The notes beneath the pieces are model-generated. The model ran no database searches. It saw only the letters and a list, made by a program, of their open reading frames with translations, and had not been told where the DNA came from. The position numbers were made by a program, and so were the translations under genes. DNA of 64,000 nucleotides from Acidobacteriota bacterium (GTDB taxonomy: Bacteria; Acidobacteriota; Thermoanaerobaculia; Multivoradales; JAGPDF01), in the NCBI GenBank assembly GCA_017860005.1, contig JAFNAE010000001.1, forward strand, positions 1,382 to 65,381. Direction: 5' to 3'. Below, piece by piece: positions 18,180 to 25,596 of this stretch (its first letter is position 1; every line of letters starts with the position of its first letter).

Positions 18180-19946
18180 ATGACCGGACGGGCCCGGATG
18201 AAGCGCCTGGCGGGGATGGGGGTCTCCGAAGGGGTCGCGATCGGGCGCGCGGTCGTGGCCGCGAAGCGCGACGTCGAGGTCTTCCGGATCCCGATCCCGG
18301 AAGAGGGCATCGACCGCGAGATCGTCCGCTTCCGCTCGGCCTGCGAGGAGACCAAGCGCGGTATCCAGCGCACGCGCAGCAACGTCGGCAAGCTGTTCGG
18401 GCAGGAGCTGGCGGCGATCTTCGACGCCCACCAGCTCCTGCTCGCGGACCGCACCTACATCGACGACATCGAGCGGCGCATCCAGCGCGATCGCATCAAC
18501 GTCGAATGGGCGGTCCATGAATCCACGGTGGCGCTCGCCAAGCGCTTCGCGAAGATCGACGACGAGTACCTGCGCGAACGCGGGCAGGACCTGGAGGACG
18601 TGTCGCGCCAGCTCCTGCGCACCCTGCAGGGCATCGCACACCACGAGATCTCCGAGGTCCATGGCGAGGTGATCCTGGTCGCCGACGACCTGGTGCCCTC
18701 CGAGGCGATTCGTCTCGGGCGGGCCAACGTGGTGGGATTCGTCGTCGAGTCCGGGGGCCGCACCTCCCACACCTCGATCATCGCCCGCTCGCTCGGCATC
18801 CCGACCGTGTCCGGCGTGGTCGGCGTCACCGGCATGGTCACCGACGAGGACCCGATCGTGGTGGACGGCGGCCGCGGTGTCGTCGTGCTCCATCCGACCG
18901 AGCAGGTGCTCGAGGAGTACAGGAGCGAGCGCTCGGCCGCCGATCGGCGCGCGCGGCGACCCTCCGTCGAGCGCAGTGACCGGCCGGCCCTGACCCGCGA
19001 CGGCGTCGAGCTCGAGCTGATGGCGAACATCGACCTGCCCGAGGAGCTGTCGCAGTACGAGCGCAGCGGGGCGCGCGGCATCGGCCTCTATCGCAGCGAG
19101 TTCCTCTACATGGAGACGGATCCGCACCTGCCCACCGAGGAGGACCACCACCGCATCTACAGGCGCCTGATCGACGCGGCACATCCCTTCCCGGCGAACA
19201 TCCGGACCTACGACCTGGGTGGACGCAAGCTCGCGCGCGAGATGATGGAGACCTCGGAGGAGAACCCGGTGCTCGGACTGCGCGGCATCCGGCTCACTCT
19301 CGCCCGTCCCCAGATCTTCCGGGTCCAGCTGCGCGCCCTGCTGCGCGCCGGGGCCGGGAGGCAGCCGTGGATCATGGCGCCGCTGGTCAGCCGCGTGGAG
19401 GAGGTGCGCAGGCTGCGCGCGACGCTCGACGAGGTGGCGGCGGAGCTCGACCGCGAGGGCGTGGAGCGCGCCGCGACCTACCGGCTCGGCATCATGATCG
19501 AGGTGCCGGCGGCGGCCCTGATCGCCGACATGCTGGCGCGCGAGGTGGACTTCTTCGCCATCGGCACCAACGACCTGATCCAGTACGCCCTGGCCGTCGA
19601 CCGCAACAACCGCGAGGTCGCCGATCTGTACCAGCCCCTCCATCCGGCGATCCTGCGCATGCTACGCTCGGTGGTCGAGGGCGGGCGCGCTGCGGGCATC
19701 CCGGTGAGCCTGTGCGGCGAGATGGCGGCGGACGAGAAGTACCTGGCGCTCCTGCTGGGCCTGGGACTCCGGCGGTTGTCGGTGCACCCGCGCTCGGTGC
19801 CCGTGTTGCGCCGCCTGGCGGCCGAGGTGGACGTGACGAAGATCGAGGCGATCGCCGGCGAGTGTTGCGAGCTGCCTTCGGCCCAGGAGGTGGAGGAGCG
19901 CCTGCGCCACCGGCGCCCGCGGCAGCCCGCGCGAGAGAGCCAGTGA
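18180..19946 (+). CDS. ptsI: phosphoenolpyruvate-protein phosphotransferase (Enzyme I)
   Basis: 588 aa with Enzyme I N-terminal, phospho-His and PEP-utilising domains (GGRTSHTSIIARSLGIPTV, LCGEMAAD). Confidence 0.9.
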   Translation: MTGRARMKRLAGMGVSEGVAIGRAVVAAKRDVEVFRIPIPEEGIDREIVRFRSACEETKRGIQRTRSNVGKLFGQELAAIFDAHQLLLADRTYIDDIERRIQRDRINVEWAVHESTVALAKRFAKIDDEYLRERGQDLEDVSRQLLRTLQGIAHHEISEVHGEVILVADDLVPSEAIRLGRANVVGFVVESGGRTSHTSIIARSLGIPTVSGVVGVTGMVTDEDPIVVDGGRGVVVLHPTEQVLEEYRSERSAADRRARRPSVERSDRPALTRDGVELELMANIDLPEELSQYERSGARGIGLYRSEFLYMETDPHLPTEEDHHRIYRRLIDAAHPFPANIRTYDLGGRKLAREMMETSEENPVLGLRGIRLTLARPQIFRVQLRALLRAGAGRQPWIMAPLVSRVEEVRRLRATLDEVAAELDREGVERAATYRLGIMIEVPAAALIADMLAREVDFFAIGTNDLIQYALAVDRNNREVADLYQPLHPAILRMLRSVVEGGRAAGIPVSLCGEMAADEKYLALLLGLGLRRLSVHPRSVPVLRRLAAEVDVTKIEAIAGECCELPSAQEVEERLRHRRPRQPARESQ

Positions 19947-20296
19947 GATTCCCGGTGCGCAGGGTGGAGAAGCCGTGGGGCCACGAGCTCGTCTTCGCCC
20001 ACACCCCTCTTTACGTCGGCAAGCTGCTCCACATCGAGCCCGGGCAGGCTCTCTCCCTCCAGTACCACGAGCACAAGGACGAGACCTTCTTCGTCGCTCG
20101 CGGATCGATCGAGCTCCAGGTCGAGGAGGACGGCATGCTCGTGTCGCGCGACCTCCGCGAGGGGGACTCCTACCACGTGGCGCCGCCGACCCGGCACCGG
20201 ATGATCGCCGGAGCCGCCGGCTGCGACCTGTTCGAGGTCTCGACCCCTGAGCTCGAGGACGTGGTGAGGCTGGAGGACCGCTATGGCCGGGCGTGA
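19943..20296 (+). CDS. cupin-domain protein (mannose-6-phosphate isomerase-like cupin 2)
   Basis: VEKPWGHELVFAHTPLYVGKLLHIEPGQALSLQYHEHKDETFFVARG is a cupin motif; the GTG start overlaps the ptsI stop (GTGA). Confidence 0.6.
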   Translation: MRFPVRRVEKPWGHELVFAHTPLYVGKLLHIEPGQALSLQYHEHKDETFFVARGSIELQVEEDGMLVSRDLREGDSYHVAPPTRHRMIAGAAGCDLFEVSTPELEDVVRLEDRYGRA

Positions 20297-21074
20297 ATCG
20301 GGCGGCCGCCCGCCGACCCTGGTGGCGATCGCCGCGTTGCTGGGCCTCGTCTGCGCGGCGTGCGCTTCGACGTCGAAGCCGGTCCGCGAGCCGCTGCCGC
20401 CGCGCGCGGTCGCGCCGGAGACTCCGCCGCCGCCCCCGTCGGAGCCGCCGGTCGCGGTGCCTCCGAAACCCGCCACCGTGGTCGTCCTCGACCCGGGTCA
20501 GGACGCGGCCGAGGCAGCGCCCACGCTCGCCGAGGCGGCCGCCCGCGAGCGCGAGCGCCGGCGCACGGCGGAGAAGCCGATCGCGGTGATCGACGACAAG
20601 AACCTCGCCGAGTTCGCCCGCGATCAGAAGCTCACGATCGCGCAGGGAGACCCGGAGTCCCCGTCGCCGGCGCCCGAGGTGGCGCTCGCCGGCGACCACG
20701 ACGAGGCCTGGTGGCGGAACCGCGGGCTCGAGATCCGCCGCGAGTGGCGGCATGCGGTGGACAGCGTGGAGCGCCTCGAGGGCGAAGTGGCCGAGCTGCG
20801 CAACCGCTTCTACGCCACCGACGATCCCTACGTGAGGGACGGCCAGGTCAAGCCCGAGTGGGATCGGCGTCTGGCGGAGCTCGAGAGCGCGCGGCGCAAG
20901 GCGGCGGACGGACGGCTCGAGGTCGAGCGCTACCTCGAGGAGGGCCGGCGGGCGGGCGCCCTGCCGGGCTGGCTGCGGGAGGGCGTCGAGCTCGAGCCCG
21001 AGCCCGTCCTGCCGCGCGTCGAGGACGCCGAGCCGGGCGAGCCGGTGGTGTTGGGGCAGGACCCTCCACCGTGA
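20283..21074 (+). CDS. hypothetical secreted/membrane-anchored Pro-rich, coiled-coil protein
   Basis: Signal-like N-terminus LVAIAALLGLVCAACAS, a Pro-rich linker and a charged coiled-coil C-terminus; no family recognised. Confidence 0.4.
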   Translation: MAGRESGGRPPTLVAIAALLGLVCAACASTSKPVREPLPPRAVAPETPPPPPSEPPVAVPPKPATVVVLDPGQDAAEAAPTLAEAAARERERRRTAEKPIAVIDDKNLAEFARDQKLTIAQGDPESPSPAPEVALAGDHDEAWWRNRGLEIRREWRHAVDSVERLEGEVAELRNRFYATDDPYVRDGQVKPEWDRRLAELESARRKAADGRLEVERYLEEGRRAGALPGWLREGVELEPEPVLPRVEDAEPGEPVVLGQDPPP

Positions 21075-22474
21075 CCCCGCCGCTCCGGCCGCGCAGGTTC
21101 CTGATCGAGACCTGGGGCTGCCAGATGAACGAGCTGGACAGCCAGCGCCTGGCCGGCCAGCTCATGCGCCAGGGCCTCCTCCCGACCCGCGACGCCGGCG
21201 AGGCGGACCTCCTGCTCCTGAACTCGTGCAGCGTGCGCGAGAAGGCCGAGCACAAGGTCTACTCGAGGTTGGGCGAGTACCGCCTGCTGAAGCGCGAGCG
21301 CCCCGGCATGCGCATCGGCCTGTGCGGCTGCGTGGCGCAGCAGGAGGGCGAGCGCGCCCTGGCGCGCGTGCCCGAGCTCGACTTCGTGCTCGGACCCGCC
21401 CGCGTCGGCGAGCTCGCCGCGCTGCTGCCGCGGCTCGCGGTGGGGGAGCGCGTGGTCGCCGTCGGCTTCCCGGACCAGCGCCACTACGACATCGACGCGG
21501 TCGGCCGGCTCGACGCCTACAAGGGCATGGTGACCGTGATCGAGGGCTGCGACAAGCGCTGCACGTTCTGCATCGTCCCCAGCACGCGCGGCGCCGAGCG
21601 CTGCCGCCCGCTCGCCGACGTGGTGGCGGAGGTAGAGCACCTCCTCGCCTACGGCTTCGTCGAGATCGAGCTCCTCGGCCAGACCGTGAATCACTGGCGG
21701 GAGCCGGGCGGCGACGCCGACTTCGCCGACCTGCTCGACGCCGTGGCGCCGCTGCCCGGCCTGCGCCGGCTGCGCTTCGTGACCAGCTACCCGCGCGATT
21801 TCACGAACCGCATGATCGAGCGTCTCCGGATCCACGCCAATCTCTCCGACTACCTCCACCTGCCGGTGCAGTCGGGCTGCGACCGGACCCTGCGCCGGAT
21901 GGGGCGCGGCTATACGGTCGCCGAGTACCGGGACCTCGTGGCGCGCATCCGCGCGGCCCGGCCTTCGGCGGCGCTCTCGACCGACTTCATCGTCGGCTTC
22001 CCGGGCGAGACGGAGGCGGAGTTCGACGAGACGCTGGCCCTGATCGAGGCGGTCCGTTTCTCGGCGGTCTACGCCTTCTGCTTCTCGCCACGGCCCGGCA
22101 CCGCGGCCGGCCGCCTCGCCGACCAGGTGCCGGCCCGGCTGGCGCAGCAACGGCTCCAGCGCCTCATGGACCTCCAGAACCGGATCCAGGGCGAGATCAA
22201 CGCCTCGCTCGTGGGCACCGAAACGGAGGTCCTGGTGACCGGACCCGGCAAGGAGCCCGGCCAGGTCGTCGGCCGCACCTCCTGCCACCGGATCGTCCAC
22301 TTCCCGGCGCCGGGGAGCGCCGAGGTGCCGGCCCCGGCGTTGGGCAGCCTGGTGCGCGTGCGGGTCACCCGGGCCCTGCCGCATTCGCTCCTGGGCGAGC
22401 CGGCCGCAGCGGCGCCGGTCGGTCTCGACAGGAGGGGTGACTCGAGGCAGCCCCGCCTGCCGGTCGTGGCCTGA
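21071..22474 (+). CDS. miaB: tRNA-2-methylthio-N6-dimethylallyladenosine synthase (radical SAM methylthiotransferase)
   Basis: LIETWGCQMNELDS, radical-SAM CDKRCTFCIVP and a C-terminal TRAM domain; 467 aa. Confidence 0.8.
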   Translation: MTPPLRPRRFLIETWGCQMNELDSQRLAGQLMRQGLLPTRDAGEADLLLLNSCSVREKAEHKVYSRLGEYRLLKRERPGMRIGLCGCVAQQEGERALARVPELDFVLGPARVGELAALLPRLAVGERVVAVGFPDQRHYDIDAVGRLDAYKGMVTVIEGCDKRCTFCIVPSTRGAERCRPLADVVAEVEHLLAYGFVEIELLGQTVNHWREPGGDADFADLLDAVAPLPGLRRLRFVTSYPRDFTNRMIERLRIHANLSDYLHLPVQSGCDRTLRRMGRGYTVAEYRDLVARIRAARPSAALSTDFIVGFPGETEAEFDETLALIEAVRFSAVYAFCFSPRPGTAAGRLADQVPARLAQQRLQRLMDLQNRIQGEINASLVGTETEVLVTGPGKEPGQVVGRTSCHRIVHFPAPGSAEVPAPALGSLVRVRVTRALPHSLLGEPAAAAPVGLDRRGDSRQPRLPVVA

Positions 22475-22657
22475 GCGGCGGCAGTCCTACCGGGAGTCGT
22501 TTCCGGACGGGAAGGTGGTTGGGCGGCCGGATGGGGATCGCTCGCCGGGCGTGAGAATCCTGGCGGACCTGACGTCCGATAAGATAGATTATGTAAACCA
22601 GAACCCCCGCAAAGGCGCTGGAGAGCCCCCTCGCGAGCCCACGGGCTCGGCGAGCTC

Positions 22658-23551
22658 CTACTCTTCCTTGGCGTTCCTGAGCTCTTCCAGGATCTGCTCG
22701 AGGGCCCGGATCAGGTCGCTCCGGTCCACGGTGCTCTGCCGGAAGCTGAGCTGCAGCTGATAGCGCTGGTCGGGCGCCTTGAACTTGAACACGTAGGGCC
22801 TTCGACGAGCGCCGGCGCCCGGCTTCTTCCGCGCCTCGGTCCGGGTGTCGCGCCGAACGTCGTCGCGCGTGAGCCCCTGCCGGCCCACGCGGTCCAGCAG
22901 CGCCCTCATCTTCCCCGGATCGCCGAGCTTGGCGACCTCGAGCAGGAGGGACCGCGACCGGATCCCCAGGCTCTCCGCAGTGCGGCGCAGGTCCTCGGGA
23001 ATCTGGAGCAACGCGAGGGTTTCGGCGACCAGGGAACGGGACCGGCCGACAGCCTTCGCGATGCTCTCCTGGGTGTAGCCGTGCCGCTCGCCGAGTGCCC
23101 GGAAGCCCTCGGCCTCTTCGAATGGGCTCAGGTCCCGGCGCTGGAGATTCTCGATCAGCGCGATCTCCAGGGCCTCCTGCTCGGTGACCTCGAGCTCGAT
23201 GGCCGGGATCTCGTAGAGCCCGGCCTCGAGCGCGGCGCGATATCGGCGCTCGCCAGCGATGATCGTGAAGCGTTCGACGCCACGGCCTGGATCCTCGTCC
23301 GAGGCCTCGCGCGGCAGAGCACGCACCAGGATCGGCTCGAGCACGCCCTTGTCCCGGATCGACGAGACCAGCGCTGTCAGGTCGCCCAGGTCCTGCCGGG
23401 GCTGGCCCTCGTGCGGCTGGATCGACGAGAGCGGCAGAAGGCGACCGACTGCCGCCTCGTGGCGCGCGGCGAGCTCGTCCACGAAATGGGCGGTGTGCCG
23501 CATCTTGACTCGCACCGGCAGGCCGCGCTTGGCGGCGGTGGCCTCAGACAC
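22658..23551 (-). CDS. parB: chromosome partitioning protein ParB
   Basis: GERRYRAALEAGLYEIPAIE, an HTH and LIENLQRRDLSPFEEAEG; 297 aa. Confidence 0.9.
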   Translation of the reverse strand: MSEATAAKRGLPVRVKMRHTAHFVDELAARHEAAVGRLLPLSSIQPHEGQPRQDLGDLTALVSSIRDKGVLEPILVRALPREASDEDPGRGVERFTIIAGERRYRAALEAGLYEIPAIELEVTEQEALEIALIENLQRRDLSPFEEAEGFRALGERHGYTQESIAKAVGRSRSLVAETLALLQIPEDLRRTAESLGIRSRSLLLEVAKLGDPGKMRALLDRVGRQGLTRDDVRRDTRTEARKKPGAGARRRPYVFKFKAPDQRYQLQLSFRQSTVDRSDLIRALEQILEELRNAKEE

Positions 23552-24302
23552 GACTCAGGACCTCCTCGGAGAGCTTGTAGTACTCGTAGGCTCCGCTCGA
23601 TCGGGGCGCGAAGGTGAAGATCGACTCCTTGTAGGCCGGGCTCTCCTCGAGCCGGACGCTCTTCGTGATGACCGTCTCGAACAGCTTCTCTCCGAACACC
23701 TTATGGATCTGCTCGACGATGTCCTTGGCGAGCAGGGTGCGCTTGTCGTGCAGCGTGATGACGGCGCCCAGGATCTGCAGCTGCGGGTTGGCCCGGGCCT
23801 TCACCTTGTCGATGGTCTCGAGCAGGTCGTCGGTGCCCTCGAGGGCGAAGTAGCTCGACTGGATCGGGATCAGGACGTGGCTGGCGGCGACCAACGCGTT
23901 GACCGTGATGATCCCCAGCGTCGGAGGCGTGTCGAGCAGGACGAAATCGAACTCGTTCTGGACCGCGCCCAGCGCGTCCTTGAGCCGGAAGTGGCTGTCG
24001 ATCTCGCCCAGCAGCTTGGCTTCGAGCTTCGCCAGGGCGATCGACGACGGAGCGAGGAAGAGGTTCGGGATCTTCTCCGCGGGCCGGATGACGTCGGCGA
24101 GCCGCACCTCGGGATCGACCAGGACATCGAAGATCGACCGCTCCAGACTGTGCACGTCCAGGAAGGACATCGAGCTGTTGGCCTGCGGGTCGAGATCGAC
24201 CAGGAGGGTGCGCAGCCCCTTCGTCGCGAGGGCCGCCGAGAGGTTGATGGCGGTGGTCGTCTTGCCGACCCCACCTTTCTGATTCGTGATGGTCAGGATC
24301 AT
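23544..24302 (-). CDS. parA: chromosome partitioning ATPase ParA (Soj)
   Basis: MILTITNQKGGVGKTTTAINLSAALA is a deviant Walker A; 252 aa. Confidence 0.9.
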   Translation of the reverse strand: MILTITNQKGGVGKTTTAINLSAALATKGLRTLLVDLDPQANSSMSFLDVHSLERSIFDVLVDPEVRLADVIRPAEKIPNLFLAPSSIALAKLEAKLLGEIDSHFRLKDALGAVQNEFDFVLLDTPPTLGIITVNALVAASHVLIPIQSSYFALEGTDDLLETIDKVKARANPQLQILGAVITLHDKRTLLAKDIVEQIHKVFGEKLFETVITKSVRLEESPAYKESIFTFAPRSSGAYEYYKLSEEVLSRV

Positions 24303-24433
24303 CGCGCGTCGCCAGTGTACGGAGCGAGGCGCCCCCGGTCAAGTCCGGATCCGGAGCCGCGCGGGCCCCGTGTCGGCGCGCCGACAATCCTATGAAATGT
24401 TGATAACAATGAACTTATCAGCTCAGGCTCGAC

Positions 24434-24949
24434 TCACATCGGGTACTTGCCGAAGTCCTCGGGACGGGCCTTCTCGAGCCACTCCCGGAGTTTCTCCTCG
24501 TCCGTGGCGGGGTAGGCCTTCGAGGTCGACACCGCCTGATCGAGGACTTCGCGGGCGGCCCAGATCGGAGCCCCCATGCGCAGCGCGAGCGCCATCGCGT
24601 CGCTCGGGCGTGCATCGACGATCGCTTCCTCCCCCGCCGCCGTGCGCACGCGGAGGCGCGCGTAGAAGGTCCCCTCGACGAGCGCGTGGATCTCGATGCG
24701 CTCGAGCCGGGCGGCGAGCGCGTCGAGGATGCCGCGCATCAGATCGTGGGACATCGGCCGGCGGGGCGTGACGCCTTCGGCGGCGAGCGCGATCGCATTG
24801 GCCTCGAAGACCCCGATCCAGATCGGCAGGAAGAGGCTCCCCCCCTCCTCGCGCAGGATCACCACCGGTGCCTCGCTGTTGGGGTCGACGATCAGGCCGC
24901 GGAGCTTCATCTCGACCCATTCGGGTTCGGGTGGCGCAGGTTCGGCCAT
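24434..24949 (-). CDS. bifunctional nuclease family protein (DUF151/BFN domain)
   Basis: MKLRGLIVDPNSEAPVVILREEGGSLFLPIWIGVFEANAIALA is the conserved BFN N-terminal motif; 171 aa. Confidence 0.65.
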   Translation of the reverse strand: MAEPAPPEPEWVEMKLRGLIVDPNSEAPVVILREEGGSLFLPIWIGVFEANAIALAAEGVTPRRPMSHDLMRGILDALAARLERIEIHALVEGTFYARLRVRTAAGEEAIVDARPSDAMALALRMGAPIWAAREVLDQAVSTSKAYPATDEEKLREWLEKARPEDFGKYPM

Positions 24950-24994
24950 GGCGGGATTGTCCGGAGTGGCGCCCGATTCGTCAAGCGCTCGGCC

Positions 24995-25417
24995 TCAGGC
25001 CTCCCAGGATGCGGCCAGGTCGTCGTCCTCGGCGAGTCGGAGGCCGACCAGTCGGCACCCGGGCGGCAGCGCTCCCTCCAGCCGGGCGCGAATCCAGAGC
25101 ACGAGATTCTCGCTGCTGGGCACTCGCCCGCCGGTGCCGAACTCGTCGAGCGCCTCGTTGAGGTGGTGGTGGTCCACCGCCTCGAGCACGCGCTCGCCCA
25201 CGCAGCGGTCGAGCTCGGGGAGGTCGACCACGAATCCGGTCTGCGCGTCCGGCTCCCCCGCCACTCGGACCGTGAGCCGGTAGTTGTGGCCGTGGCCGGG
25301 CACCTGCGAGCAGCGCCCGAACCGGCGGCGGTTCTCCTCGTCGCTCCACTCCGGACGGCGGTAGAGATGCGCGGCGGAGAATCGGTAGAGGCGCTCGAGC
25401 ACGACGTTCATCGTCAA
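24995..25417 (-). CDS. queD: 6-carboxy-5,6,7,8-tetrahydropterin synthase / PTPS family
   Basis: CSQVPGHGHNY is the Cys-x5-His-Gly-His zinc/catalytic motif, with a YRFSAAH N-terminus; 140 aa. Confidence 0.75.
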   Translation of the reverse strand: MTMNVVLERLYRFSAAHLYRRPEWSDEENRRRFGRCSQVPGHGHNYRLTVRVAGEPDAQTGFVVDLPELDRCVGERVLEAVDHHHLNEALDEFGTGGRVPSSENLVLWIRARLEGALPPGCRLVGLRLAEDDDLAASWEA

Positions 25418-25596
25418 CCCTCCCTGCCGCGGCCCGCGCGCCCACCCGGGCCGCCGACGGGGGCCCGGGCGCGCGCGAGGGGTCGTCTCCGAAGGATCCC
25501 TGGAGCTCTGCGGAATCCCCGTTGCGCGTAAGCGCGGCGTAATTCGTCCGGCCGCCCCGCGCCGCTCCGGCGACGCCGGCTGCTGCGACGCTTACA

